A stretch of DNA of 63,876 bases, filler included, from assembly GCF_002087085.1 (NCBI RefSeq). It is 4 parts of 4 records of this genome, joined end to end, with 100 filler letters (N's around TTAATTAATTAA, not from the genome) between each part and the next. Parts side by side here need not be neighbours in the genome. Positions count along the whole stretch, not along the records: positions 1 to 20,904 come from NZ_MWQY01000033.1; positions 21,005 to 41,889 come from NZ_MWQY01000034.1; 2 more parts are not named here. One strand, given 5' to 3'. Positions within the stretch are counted from its first letter, which is position 1; each line of letters opens with the position of its first letter. Shown here piece by piece: positions 19,955-30,210 of the stretch. Position numbers and translations under genes: made by a program. The notes beneath the pieces are model-generated. The model did not search any database and was not told where the DNA came from. It worked only from the letters and a program-made list of their open reading frames with translations.

Positions 19955-20751
19955 AATCCGTCCCCGTAGTGCCGTCTGCAGATCTCCTGTAATGTTTCCC
20001 AGGTTTGCGGAAATCCCGCCACGAGAGAACGGGAGGAGAAAAGGGAATAGGGTTTTCCGGAGAATTCGGAAAGCCCGCAGCCCGTCTCCCGGAGAAAAAG
20101 CAGGGCCCCCGCTGCGTCATAGGGCATGAGATCGACCTCAAAAAACCCCTGTAAAAAGCCGGCTGCCACATAGCACAGATCCAGGGCTGCACTCCCGGTG
20201 CGGCGTATACCGCGGCTGGCGTAGAGGACCTCCCGGGCACAGGAAAAAAAGGCCTCGCTGGTATCGGGGGACCTGTAGGGAAAACCCGTACCGATCAGAG
20301 CCTGGGAGAGGGGCAGCGGGGGAACGGGTTTCATACGCTGATTATTATGGTAGGCCCCCAGGTTCCTGATTGCACAGAAGGTCTCATCGTTGCAGGGTTT
20401 CAAAATAACCGAAAGCAGGATCTCATCTCCGTGGAGCAGGGCCACGCTGATGGACCAGTGGTCCAGACCGGAGAGAAAATTGGTCGTTCCATCCAGGGGA
20501 TCAACAACCCAGGTATAGCCGGTACCGCGGTTCTGCAGGGTTTCTTCACCAAAAAAGTCCGCCTCCGGGATAATCTGAAGCAGACCGTCCCGCAGAATGT
20601 GTTCGCTCTCAACATCCACGTGACTGACATATTCCATTTCAGTTTTTGCATCTCCGCTTCCGTGGTCCAGAAAACGAAAATGAGAAAGCTGATACTCCCC
20701 TGCCCTGCGGGCCAGGCTTTTAACCTTCTCCAGAACTCCGTGCAAATCCAT
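19951..20751 (-). CDS. Inositol monophosphatase family protein (SuhB-like)
   Basis: GEE, WVVDPLDGTTNF, RRTGSAALDLCYVAAG. Confidence 0.92.
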   Translation of the reverse strand: MDLHGVLEKVKSLARRAGEYQLSHFRFLDHGSGDAKTEMEYVSHVDVESEHILRDGLLQIIPEADFFGEETLQNRGTGYTWVVDPLDGTTNFLSGLDHWSISVALLHGDEILLSVILKPCNDETFCAIRNLGAYHNNQRMKPVPPLPLSQALIGTGFPYRSPDTSEAFFSCAREVLYASRGIRRTGSAALDLCYVAAGFLQGFFEVDLMPYDAAGALLFLRETGCGLSEFSGKPYSLFSSRSLVAGFPQTWETLQEICRRHYGDGF

Positions 20752-20849
20752 GGAACAAGAGTACCGGGCTTTGACGGGCTTGGGCAATAGGAAAGGCGGC
20801 TTTCGGGAAAATACCGTTTACAAACAAATCCCGGATAACATATAAATAA

Positions 20850-20904
20850 CCTAAAGTGAGCGATTCCGAATAGAAATGAACTCCGCCAGCGGTTTTACCC
20901 TAGC
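20850..20904. mobile_element. Terminal 55 bp of a collapsed insertion sequence
   Basis: Begins CCTAAAGTGAGCGATT, an inverted-repeat match (14/16) to AATCGCTCAGGTTAGG at 21044-21059; exactly 55 bp to the contig end. Confidence 0.7.
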
Positions 20905-21004
20905 NNNNNNNNNNNNNNNNNNNNNNNNNNNNNNNNNNNNNNNNNNNNTTAATTAATTAANNNNNNNNNNNNNNNNNNNNNNNNNNNNNNNNNNNNNNNN
21001 NNNN
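20905..21004. other. Artificial contig spacer
   Basis: N run with central TTAATTAATTAA (stops in all six frames). Confidence 0.99.
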
Positions 21005-21059
21005 TCATTACACCACATGGAGGTATTTTTTTCTACACGTGAAAATCGCTCAGGTTAGG
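21005..21059. mobile_element. Opposite terminal 55 bp of the same IS type
   Basis: Ends AATCGCTCAGGTTAGG; abuts the truncated hipA reading frame. Confidence 0.7.
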
Positions 21060-21949
21060 TTCCTGTAAGCGACAGGGACCTGAAAAACGCGGTAGAAACG
21101 CATATTTCGTATACCAGGCTCAAGGTCGGAGGAAAGCTCAGGCTCTCCCTGGCAGGGGCTCAGGACAAATGGCCTGTATACTTTGACGGAGAGAGTCTCT
21201 TCTGGCCCCAGGGAGACGCGGCAAGCTCTCATATTCTCAAGTTCTCAAACCGCAATTATAAAGGACTCAACTGGAACGAGGTGTATATCAGCTTTATTTC
21301 CCGACAGCTGGGACTTCCGACAGTTGAAGTCGGCATCGGAAACGGATACTCATTAACAGTCCGCTGCGACCGCGTACGGGATAAGTCAGGAAGCATTGTC
21401 CGCATCCATCAGGAGGACTTTTGCCAGGCCCTGGGGTATCCCTATTACAGAAAGTATGAAAATGACGGCGGACCGGATCTTAAGGAGTGCATACATCTGC
21501 TGCGAAACATCAGTGTGTCCCCGGCGGAAGATATACTGAACCTTCTCCGCTGGCAGGTATTCAATCTGCTTACAGGGAATGCGGACGGCCATGCAAAAAA
21601 CCTTTCCATACTCTACACCAGTGCAGGTCCGAGGCTCGCGCCCTTTTATGATCTTGTCTGTACCGCGATCTATCCCGGCATCAGCAGCGATCTGGCCTTC
21701 TCCATCGGCGGCAATGCGGATCCCGGGCAGATTCGCCTGAAGGATTGGGAAAGAATGGCAGATGTACTTGGAATGCGTCCGCGGCTTATCCTCAACACCC
21801 TGAACAGCTTCATGGACATACTCCTGGACAGACTGAGCGATTACCATCGGCTGTTTGTCGAGAAGAACGGGTCAGACCCGGTGCTTGAGAGGATCAACCA
21901 GACTATTCGGAAGCGGATACGGAGGACGGGGAGCTTGGTGGCGGGGTGA
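21060..21949 (+). pseudogene. hipA: HipA family toxin kinase, 5'-truncated by IS
   Basis: In-frame RLSLAGAQDK, HILK, HQEDFCQALG, KYE, GNADGHAKN, LAPFYD; N-terminal domain and start replaced by the IS end with in-frame TAG at 21056-21058. Confidence 0.85.
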
Positions 21950-21961
21950 GTATCTCTTGCC

Positions 21962-22855
21962 TCAAGCCCTCCTCAATCCCTCCAGGTCGATTTTCTTCAT
22001 TGTGAACATGGCTTCCAGGGTACGTGTTGATTTTGCCTCGTCGCCGTCCTGGAGCAGTCTGTTCATCTCCGTGTCCGGAAAAATCTGCCAGGATATGCCG
22101 TACCTGTCCTTGAGCCAGCCGCACTGTTCGGCTTCCGGCACCGCGGAAAGGGCCTTCCAGTAATGGTCTATTTCTTCCTGGTTCTGAGCGTCCACCAGTA
22201 AAGAGACCCCTTCGTTAAAGCCGAACCTGTTCTCCTGGGCGCTGTCCATGGCGGTGAACGTCTGTCCCTCCAGGCTGAACTCTCCGTACATTACGCTGTC
22301 TGCAGTATCCGGCTCCTGTCCCGCGCCGTAGCGGGCGATTTCTCCCATGGAAGCCTTTCTGAATATCGATGTGTAGAAGTTCATGGCCTCTTCGGCTTTG
22401 CCGCACACATCTCCCACAAAGAGCAGGGAGGGTACAATGCGCGGCTCCAGAGATTCGGGGGCAAGAATCAATTGCCAGGAAACACCGAAGCGGTCCTGTA
22501 TCCAGCCGTAGCGCTCACTGAAGAAGTAACTGTCCAGAGGCATCAGGACTTTCCCCTCCCGGGAGAGCTCCTGCCAGAGACGGTCCACCTCGGCCGCGTT
22601 TTCACAGCGGACAAAAAAGGAAATGGAAGGATTGATGGTAAAATACGGCCCGCCGTTAAGGGCGGTAAAGCTGAAACCGTCCGCCTCGAAAAGTACGGTC
22701 ATAACTGATCCGGGTTCCTTTCCGTGAAGTTCCTTCCCGGCTTCGGTGTAACGGGTTCTACCGGTAATGCGGGAGTTGGGAAAAATATCCGTATAAAAGG
22801 CGGCGGCTTCCTCCGCCTGGCTATCGAACCAGATACAGGCGCTTATTTTTGACAT
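21962..22855 (-). CDS. VOC/PhnB-like protein with two tandem domains
   Basis: Repeated AEEA..FYT.IF, FTALNGGP and GW..DR.G.SWQ motifs. Confidence 0.9.
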   Translation of the reverse strand: MSKISACIWFDSQAEEAAAFYTDIFPNSRITGRTRYTEAGKELHGKEPGSVMTVLFEADGFSFTALNGGPYFTINPSISFFVRCENAAEVDRLWQELSREGKVLMPLDSYFFSERYGWIQDRFGVSWQLILAPESLEPRIVPSLLFVGDVCGKAEEAMNFYTSIFRKASMGEIARYGAGQEPDTADSVMYGEFSLEGQTFTAMDSAQENRFGFNEGVSLLVDAQNQEEIDHYWKALSAVPEAEQCGWLKDRYGISWQIFPDTEMNRLLQDGDEAKSTRTLEAMFTMKKIDLEGLRRA

Positions 22856-23003
22856 GGGGTCCTCCTTTTCCCCGGACCGGATGCCGGGTCCCTGAAGAAA
22901 TCAAAAAAACCACCTGTATATTTTATTACCTTTTCTGTCGTATTTGCAAGAATTAACCAGCATTCAGCCTCAGACTATAAATCTGCGGAACCTGCTGCCT
23001 GCT

Positions 23004-23999
23004 CTATTTATTCCCCTTTTTAAGAAAGTCCACATACACGGCGATCAGTATAACGACACCTTTAACAATGTACTGCCAGAAGGAGTTAATCCCCAGCAGG
23101 TTCAGCCCGTTGCTGAGGACCCCGATAATGAGAGCCCCGATAACGGTGCCGCCGATTTTCCCGACTCCGCCGCTCATACTTGTTCCGCCCAGTACTACCG
23201 CGGCGATGGCATCCATCTCCGCGCCCTGGCCGGCTGTCGGCTGGCCGCTGAACATGCGGGAGGCAAGAACGATTCCGGCAATCGATGCCATGAGACCGCT
23301 GAACAGATAGGCGAAGAAAAGTACCCGGCTGTTTTTAATACCTGAGAACTTCGCGGCCGTCGGATTGCCCCCCACTGCATAGATGTGCCGCCCCAGTCGT
23401 GATTTGGACATGATCAATACCGAGACAACAACAATTATCACCAGGTAGATTATGGGCATGGGAATCTCACCCAGATATCCTGCACCGATAAAATTGAAGG
23501 AATCGGACATTACGCGAATGGGCTGACCGCCGGTATAGACATAGGCGGCTCCGCGGGCGATATTCATCGTCGACAGGGTAACGATAAAAGGAGGAATGGT
23601 GGTCTTGCTGATCAAAAGCCCGTTAAAAGCTCCCACCGCAGAGCCCACCAGGAGTCCGGCCACGACCGCGACCCCGATAGAATAACCGTCAAAGGCGATC
23701 ATCCCGCCGGTGACCACACCGGAGAGGGCGATGATCGATCCCACCGAAAGATCGATACCCCCAAGAATTATAACCATTGTCATGGCGCAGGCTATGTAGA
23801 GGTTTGTCGCCACCTGCCGCAGTACGTTCAGAATATTATTCTTGGAAAGAAACACCGGGGAAAAGATGGTCAGAATGACGCACAACAGGAGCAATCCGAT
23901 GAGGATACCCAGGTTTTCCCGTACGAAACTGTAAATTGGATTATGCTTCAGATGCAGTTCTTTCATAGGTTTAACTGTCGAATTATTCATGTCCTTCAT
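23004..23999 (-). CDS. Monosaccharide ABC transporter permease (RbsC-like)
   Basis: GGIDLSVGS, IPPFIVTL, GRHIYAVGGN, DAIAAVVLGGTSMSGG. Confidence 0.95.
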   Translation of the reverse strand: MKDMNNSTVKPMKELHLKHNPIYSFVRENLGILIGLLLLCVILTIFSPVFLSKNNILNVLRQVATNLYIACAMTMVIILGGIDLSVGSIIALSGVVTGGMIAFDGYSIGVAVVAGLLVGSAVGAFNGLLISKTTIPPFIVTLSTMNIARGAAYVYTGGQPIRVMSDSFNFIGAGYLGEIPMPIIYLVIIVVVSVLIMSKSRLGRHIYAVGGNPTAAKFSGIKNSRVLFFAYLFSGLMASIAGIVLASRMFSGQPTAGQGAEMDAIAAVVLGGTSMSGGVGKIGGTVIGALIIGVLSNGLNLLGINSFWQYIVKGVVILIAVYVDFLKKGNK

Positions 24000-24017
24000 T
24001 GTCCTCCGCTCCTAGGT

Positions 24018-25517
24018 TCAGGTCGTAACAAACTGCGTAGCGTGATGCATTATCTTTTCCTGCGTCAAACCTTCTCGAGGAAGGCAGGCGGTTATTCTGC
24101 CGTTGCTCATAACCACCACCCGGTCGCTCATATTGATCACCTCAGGAAGTTCCGACGAGATCATGATGATCGCAACGCCTTCTTTGACAAGATTGTTCAT
24201 AATTGCGTAGATCTCCGCCTTGGCCCCGACATCGACGCCCCGGGTGGGTTCATCAAGAATCAGGATTTTGGGCTTAGTCGCAAGCCATCGGCCAATAACT
24301 ACCTTCTGCTGGTTGCCGCCGGACAGGTTCCCCACTACCTGCTGATAGGTCGGCGTCTTTATCGCCATCTTGTCGACGTATTCCCTGGTTATTTTCGTCT
24401 CCTGGGCATTGTTTACGTGGATTCCGTGAATGAACTCACCCAGGGCCTTGATGGTGATGTTGTACTTCACCGTCTGATCGGGAAACAGGGCTTCGAGCTT
24501 ACGGCTTTCGGGAACCAGGGCTATACCCTTTTTCATTGCTTCATCGGGATTGCGGATGATCGCCGGGTTTCCATTCAGCAGGATCTCTCCGGACTGGAAC
24601 GGATCGATTCCGAAAATGCATTTCATCAGTTCGCTTCTTCCTGCACCCACAAGACCTGCGAAACCGAGGATCTCTCCCTTGAAAAGATGGAAAGACACAT
24701 CCTTGAGCAGTTTCCCGTCCCTCAGGTTTTTTACCTCCAGTACTTTTTCCGTGGGATTTCCGAAGGTCCTGGTATAGTAGTTCGTAAGCTGACGGCCGAC
24801 CATCATGGCGATAAGTTCATCATTGTCCGTTGTCTTCGTATCCTTCGTACCGATGTACTCGCCGTCGCGGATTACCGTGATTCTGTCCGCAATTTGTTTC
24901 AGTTCGCTCATCCGGTGGGAAATATAGATGATGCCGACCTGGGCCTTTTTCAGCTTCCGGATATTCTCAAAGAGAAAATCGACATCCTTCTCCGAGAGGG
25001 ATGAGGTCGGTTCATCCATGACCAGTATTTTCGCATTGAAGGAGAGAGCCTTGATAATCTCCACCATCTGCTGCTGGGCAATGGTCAATTCGCTGATTTC
25101 CTCCTCCGGCCTGATATCCAGTTCGAAGGAGTCGAGCAGTTTCTTTGCATCGTCGTGCATCTTTTTGAAATCAACAAAGCGACCAGATTTAAGCGGTTCT
25201 CTGCCAAGATATATATTCTCCGCGACCGTCATGTGAGGCACCAGCACGAGCTCCTGGTGAATTACACTGATTCCGTATTTCTGGGCGTCATGAACCGAAT
25301 CGATGTGGACCACTTTTCCGTCGATAACGATTTCTCCGGCATCCCGGGCATATATTCCGCCCAGAATCTTGATAAGTGTCGACTTACCTGCACCGTTCTC
25401 TCCCAGTAAGGCGTGGACCTCCCCGGCCCGAAGCTGCAGAGACACATCTTTGAGTGCCAGGACTCCCGGGAACTCCTTGCGTATATGGTTCATTTCCAAA
25501 AGAATCTGCTCACTCAC
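24018..25517 (-). CDS. Monosaccharide ABC transporter ATPase (RbsA-like)
   Basis: GENGAGKST, MDEPTSSL, LSGGNQQKV, LDEPTRGVDVGAK. Confidence 0.96.
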   Translation of the reverse strand: MSEQILLEMNHIRKEFPGVLALKDVSLQLRAGEVHALLGENGAGKSTLIKILGGIYARDAGEIVIDGKVVHIDSVHDAQKYGISVIHQELVLVPHMTVAENIYLGREPLKSGRFVDFKKMHDDAKKLLDSFELDIRPEEEISELTIAQQQMVEIIKALSFNAKILVMDEPTSSLSEKDVDFLFENIRKLKKAQVGIIYISHRMSELKQIADRITVIRDGEYIGTKDTKTTDNDELIAMMVGRQLTNYYTRTFGNPTEKVLEVKNLRDGKLLKDVSFHLFKGEILGFAGLVGAGRSELMKCIFGIDPFQSGEILLNGNPAIIRNPDEAMKKGIALVPESRKLEALFPDQTVKYNITIKALGEFIHGIHVNNAQETKITREYVDKMAIKTPTYQQVVGNLSGGNQQKVVIGRWLATKPKILILDEPTRGVDVGAKAEIYAIMNNLVKEGVAIIMISSELPEVINMSDRVVVMSNGRITACLPREGLTQEKIMHHATQFVTT

Positions 25518-25550
25518 CTGGCTCTACCCTCCGCTGTTATTGCTTGAAAC

Positions 25551-25578
25551 GGGGCCGGTTCTGAATCAGACCGGCCCC
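25551..25578. terminator. Intergenic stem-loop after the binding-protein gene (mRNA stability/attenuation)
   Basis: GGGGCCGGT...ACCGGCCCC inverted repeat. Confidence 0.55.
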
Positions 25579-25609
25579 TGTGGGATTTGTAAAAAATAGA
25601 CCTGTGTTC

Positions 25610-26545
25610 CTACTGCCAGCCGTCGGTTCCATATTCGTTGACGTTGTCAGCGTTGATCAGGAATGTCTTGACGGGGATGCGCTCTTCGTAGGCTTCGTTG
25701 TTAAGAACCTTGTACGCCAGCTTTACGGATTCCACACCGATGCTGATCGGGCTCTGTGCTCCGGAACCTACAAACTGACTTCCACTGGCGATTTCCGCCT
25801 TGGCTTCGGGAGAACCGTCGACACCGTAGATCAGAATATCCGTTCGGTTGGCCGCCTTACAGGCTGCAAGGGCACCCAGAGCCGTAGGATCATTACCACC
25901 CATTATCGCTTTGATGTCGGGATGTGCCTGAAGGATATCCTCGGTTATTCTCATGGACGTAGGAAGATCACCCTTGGCATCCTGCTGCGCTACGATGGTA
26001 AAACCCTTTCCTTTGATGGCTTCCATGAAACCTGCGATACGGTCGTTGATGGAGTTCATGGTGGGGGAATCGAGTACAACGATGTTTCCGCCATTGGGGA
26101 AGCGTTTTACCAGATCAGCACCACACACATACCCGGCATTCTTGTTGTCGGAGCCGGCATAGGCGGTTACATACTCCATGTCCTTTACTTCAGTGTCAAA
26201 GTTGATAATGGGAATACCGGCGTCTTTGAGGGCAACAAGAGCAGGGCGGATTCCTTCCCAGTCAACGGGGTTAAGGTAGATGGCGTCGATTCCCTGGGTA
26301 ATCAGGTCTTCAATCTGGTTGATCTGTTTTGCCACGTCCATCGCCGGATCCATGGTGATCAGCTTGTCGCCGTTTGCTTCGACTTTATCACGGATAGACT
26401 GTTCAAGGATAATAAAGAAGGGGTTATTCATGGTCATGCAGGTATAACCGAAGGTGTATCCGCTGTCGGCTTCTCTACCGCCCTCTGCGAATACCGATCC
26501 CAATGCAACGATAAGGATCAGGCAAAATAAAAGTGCTTTTTTCAT
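25610..26545 (-). CDS. Sugar ABC transporter substrate-binding protein (RbsB-like)
   Basis: Signal peptide; MNNPFF, QIEDLITQGIDAI, GSDNKNAG, GNDPTALGA, YGVDG. Confidence 0.93.
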   Translation of the reverse strand: MKKALLFCLILIVALGSVFAEGGREADSGYTFGYTCMTMNNPFFIILEQSIRDKVEANGDKLITMDPAMDVAKQINQIEDLITQGIDAIYLNPVDWEGIRPALVALKDAGIPIINFDTEVKDMEYVTAYAGSDNKNAGYVCGADLVKRFPNGGNIVVLDSPTMNSINDRIAGFMEAIKGKGFTIVAQQDAKGDLPTSMRITEDILQAHPDIKAIMGGNDPTALGALAACKAANRTDILIYGVDGSPEAKAEIASGSQFVGSGAQSPISIGVESVKLAYKVLNNEAYEERIPVKTFLINADNVNEYGTDGWQ

Positions 26546-26650
26546 AAATCCTCCAATTTATGTTTGATGCGCTTGATAGGCGTGGTTGGTACCAAAACTC
26601 ACCCTCGAAAGTATTCTACCGGCTTAAATTCTTGAACGCAAACAGTTTAT

Positions 26651-26678
26651 TGTCACCACTTTTATGACAATTGTCACT
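26651..26678. promoter_or_regulatory. Putative NarL/LuxR-type response regulator binding site
   Basis: Perfect palindrome TGACAATTGTCA (26665-26676) plus an extra TGTCA half-site, between divergent ABC and two-component operons. Confidence 0.55.
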
Positions 26679-26745
26679 AAAGCCTGTGATTTTTTCCTTA
26701 AAGCTTTACAAGTATTCACCTCTGGGCTATCGTACAGGCACGTTT

Positions 26746-28047
26746 ATGGATAAACCGCTGAACTATGTTTACCATTTCATTCTCATCCTGAATCTGGCTA
26801 TCGTGAGCCTGCTCTCCCTTGTCATGTACCAGACAACCTTTCTGGTGTGCGAAGCCGATCAGGCGCGAATATTTCTGGAGCAGGCACGGTATCTGCCCCA
26901 TGTTCCCTGGCATGTTCCTGTTTATGCCATCGGCAGTTTTTTAATACTTGCGGTTTCCGGTTTACTGAAACGGCGCCTTGGAGAGTCCCGTACAATCCTT
27001 ACCTTCCTGCTGTTTCTGGCGGATATCGCCATAACCTTTTTTATCGCCTACAATCTTAATTTCTCATACAAGGGGCTGTTCCTCTTTATCGGAGTCGGGG
27101 CCTTCTTTTTTATCAGTAAGCTGCCCCTGCGCTACATTGCCATTGGCCTGGTAATGCTCGGGTACATCTTTTCCGACTACGATATTATCTCGGTCCGTCT
27201 CAACCTGGTTTCCCTGCAGGATTATATCAGCTTTTACGGACCGAGCACGCAGATACCGCTTTACAGTATCCGGAGCACCCTGGAATCCCTTAACCTGATG
27301 CTGGCGATTCTCTTTTTCCAGTTCCTCATTCAGAGCAAGGTCCGGGAAAACAAGGAGTTCATCAAGGTCAACAATGAACTCTCCGACAAGCTTCATCAGC
27401 TGGAAATCCTTCAGGCAAAACTGGAGGAATCCGCGCGCCTAAAGGAGCGGAACCGTCTGGCCCACGAAATCCATGATATCCTCGGGCACTCCCTTACAAG
27501 CATCTCCACCGGGCTTGAAGCCTGCATTGAACTCTCCAAAAAAGGAGGGGCCGAACTGCACCGCCGCCTGATGAAGATAAAGAGTGTTACAGACAAGGGA
27601 TTAACTGATATCCGTCGTTCGGTCCGGGAACTGAAAAGCGATGCGATAGTCAAATCCTCGCTCCTCAGGGCCCTGCAGGAGCTCATAAACGATGCCAATG
27701 CCCTGGGGGACCAGAGTGTGGAATTTACGATAATCGGCCAGGCAGTTCCCCTGGAGGATGACGAGGAACAGACAGTCTATCGCCTGGTCCAGGAGAGCCT
27801 GACAAACTCCTTCAAATATTCGGAAAGTAAAGCCATAGATGTAAGCCTGCGCTATACGGCTAACCAGCTGAGCGTATCCATCATCGATGACGGCAAAGGA
27901 TGTGCCCAGGTTAAAAAGCACTTCGGCCTGGAGCATATAGAAGAGCAGATCGCTCTTTTAGGAGGAAAGGTCCGGTTCGAAACAGCCGAAAACTGCGGCT
28001 TCAAAACCTTTGCCACCATACCGCTGCGGAAGGGAGGAAAGTCATAA
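26746..28047 (+). CDS. Membrane sensor histidine kinase (HisKA_3 type)
   Basis: ERNRLAHEIHDILGHSLT, QESLTN, DDGKG, HFGL. Confidence 0.93.
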   Translation: MDKPLNYVYHFILILNLAIVSLLSLVMYQTTFLVCEADQARIFLEQARYLPHVPWHVPVYAIGSFLILAVSGLLKRRLGESRTILTFLLFLADIAITFFIAYNLNFSYKGLFLFIGVGAFFFISKLPLRYIAIGLVMLGYIFSDYDIISVRLNLVSLQDYISFYGPSTQIPLYSIRSTLESLNLMLAILFFQFLIQSKVRENKEFIKVNNELSDKLHQLEILQAKLEESARLKERNRLAHEIHDILGHSLTSISTGLEACIELSKKGGAELHRRLMKIKSVTDKGLTDIRRSVRELKSDAIVKSSLLRALQELINDANALGDQSVEFTIIGQAVPLEDDEEQTVYRLVQESLTNSFKYSESKAIDVSLRYTANQLSVSIIDDGKGCAQVKKHFGLEHIEEQIALLGGKVRFETAENCGFKTFATIPLRKGGKS

Positions 28048-28730
28048 CTATCAGTGTTCTAATCGCAGACGACCAGGAACTCATTCGCGAAAGCCTCGAG
28101 CTTATTATCAGCTCCGATTCCCGCTTCAGTGTTGTCGGAACGGCGAAGGACGGACGGGAGGCGGTGGAACTTGCCGGTCGTCTCAAACCCGACATCATCC
28201 TCATGGACATCAGAATGCCGGAGATCAATGGCCTTGAGTGCGTCAGTATAATCAAGGAACGGAACTCCGCCATAAGGATCATCATGCTCACCACCTTCGA
28301 CGATGATCAATATGTCTACGAAGCTGTAAAGAATGGAGCCGACGGCTTTTTGCTTAAAGGGATATCCAAGAGCGACCTGCTCACCAGCATTGCTTCCGTC
28401 CATGCAGGCGGCGCCAGTGTTGATCCCCAGACTGCCCAGAAGATTTTCTCCTTATTCGGCCGGCTGGCCAACTCGTCCTTTCTCTCCCTGCAGACACCGG
28501 ATGAACAGTTCAAATCCCTCACCATCCAGGAAATAAAGATAATGCAGCTGATCGGCAAAGGATTATCAAACAAGGAGATCATGCAGAAGGTCAACTTTTC
28601 CGAGGGAACCGTACGCAATTACATCAGTAATATTCTTAAAAAACTCGACCTTCGCGACCGTACTCAGATCGCGATATTTGCGATTCAATCCGGGCTCATG
28701 CTGAAAAACCTGGAGTCCCTGAATGGCTAA
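28044..28730 (+). CDS. NarL/LuxR family response regulator; apparent ATA start
   Basis: In-frame ITISVLIADDQELIRESL from 28044 after a GGAGG RBS; MDIRMP, LTTFDDD, C-terminal LuxR HTH. Confidence 0.9.
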   Translation: MTISVLIADDQELIRESLELIISSDSRFSVVGTAKDGREAVELAGRLKPDIILMDIRMPEINGLECVSIIKERNSAIRIIMLTTFDDDQYVYEAVKNGADGFLLKGISKSDLLTSIASVHAGGASVDPQTAQKIFSLFGRLANSSFLSLQTPDEQFKSLTIQEIKIMQLIGKGLSNKEIMQKVNFSEGTVRNYISNILKKLDLRDRTQIAIFAIQSGLMLKNLESLNG

Positions 28731-30072
28731 AAATACTCCGGTAACACGGGGAAAATTACGGATCCTCGGAGTATTGACAGTACTGATTCTGCTGATGGTA
28801 TTCGCTCTACTGCACTACCGGAGCAAAACAGTTGTGCTGGAACTGGCCCTCTATTCGGGAAACAGCTGGGGGGTGCCCCAGAACTTTGCCTATGCCATCT
28901 ACGACAAGGCCGTGGAGATGTTTGAGCAGCGCTTCGCAGACGAGGGGTATACGGTAGTGCTGCGCACCGGAACAATGTACAAGGATTATTCCGAATGGTT
29001 TGCCCAGCTGGTACTCAAGGGAAAAGAGCCGGACATATTTCTGATCATCGAAGAGGATTTTACCACCTATGCGGCCATCGGACTGCTGGAACGGCTCGAT
29101 AAATATATCGAAAAGAGCGACTTGAGCCCGGATGTCTTTTTCCGCAATGCCCTTGAGGCAGGACAATACCAGGGCTCCCAGTATTCCTTACCCATCTATA
29201 TAGTCCCCTCGTTCCTTATCGTGAATAATGATCTCCTCGATTCCCTGGACCTCACAATCGACCTGGACAACTGGACCTGGGAGCAGTTTTATCATCTGTG
29301 CGAACAGATTACCGATGATCTCGACGGTGACGGCGCCCCCGACCAGTTCGGGGTGGAAGGTTATGACTGGCATCATGTTTTCTATACCAATGACACCAGC
29401 CTGTTCAATGCGGACAGCACGCAGTCCGGATTCAATTATCAGCGTTTTTCCGAGACACTTCATTTTCTCAAAAAAATGCACGCCCTGAACCAGGGGGTTA
29501 TTGTCAGGGAAGGGACCTTCGAAGACGGACGGGTGGGATTCAAAACCTTCAACCTTTCAGAGTTCCGTGTATACGGATCATACCCCTACCGTATTCTGCG
29601 ATATGAAGATTTTGACTGGGAGGCTCTGCCTTTCCCCCACGGCCCCCACGGGAGCAGCAAATCAAAACTCTACACCGTACAACTGGGAATGAGTTCGCGC
29701 TCACGGCATAAGGATGTCGCCTTTGAGTTTCTCAAGTTCATCTCCAGCGACAAGGACTTTCAGTACCAGATCTGGGAATATTCCAATATGCTGCCGGTAA
29801 ACCGCGCGGTCTTCGACCACATCTATAAATCGGGAATAATGCAGAGGGACGGAATGCGCCCCCTGGACCGTGAGTTTATCGAGTCGGTAATAGCCAACTC
29901 ATACATCGATCCGGATTTTAAAAAGTACCCGGTAATCGATGAGTACATCACCCAGCGTATATTTACCATAATCGCCCAGGACGAAGACATTTCAAAGGGA
30001 GTCGGGAGCCTGGACCAGATGATCAATGAGCTTCTGGAGGATGAATACTCGGTTCAGACCGGTAAGCGCTGA
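28723..30072 (+). CDS. Extracellular solute-binding protein (family 1) co-transcribed with the two-component system
   Basis: N-terminal anchor, PDIF, QYSLP, WTWEQF, AFEFLKFI; overlaps the RR stop. Confidence 0.88.
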   Translation: MAKNTPVTRGKLRILGVLTVLILLMVFALLHYRSKTVVLELALYSGNSWGVPQNFAYAIYDKAVEMFEQRFADEGYTVVLRTGTMYKDYSEWFAQLVLKGKEPDIFLIIEEDFTTYAAIGLLERLDKYIEKSDLSPDVFFRNALEAGQYQGSQYSLPIYIVPSFLIVNNDLLDSLDLTIDLDNWTWEQFYHLCEQITDDLDGDGAPDQFGVEGYDWHHVFYTNDTSLFNADSTQSGFNYQRFSETLHFLKKMHALNQGVIVREGTFEDGRVGFKTFNLSEFRVYGSYPYRILRYEDFDWEALPFPHGPHGSSKSKLYTVQLGMSSRSRHKDVAFEFLKFISSDKDFQYQIWEYSNMLPVNRAVFDHIYKSGIMQRDGMRPLDREFIESVIANSYIDPDFKKYPVIDEYITQRIFTIIAQDEDISKGVGSLDQMINELLEDEYSVQTGKR

Positions 30073-30210
30073 GGGTAGACAGACGAATGCAATTATCCAG
30101 GATACACGATAAAAAACATGATAATGAAGTAAACGTTAGATTATGATATAGTTAACTGTTTCGTATAGATCCTTACTGGGGTAATTACATGGAGACTAAT
30201 CAACTGACTG

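Noticed and set aside
20905..21004. TTAATTAATTAA palindrome inside N runs (also 41890-41989 and 60175-60274)
   Set aside because: Six-frame stop linker added when contigs were concatenated; not biological, and adjacency across it is unproven.
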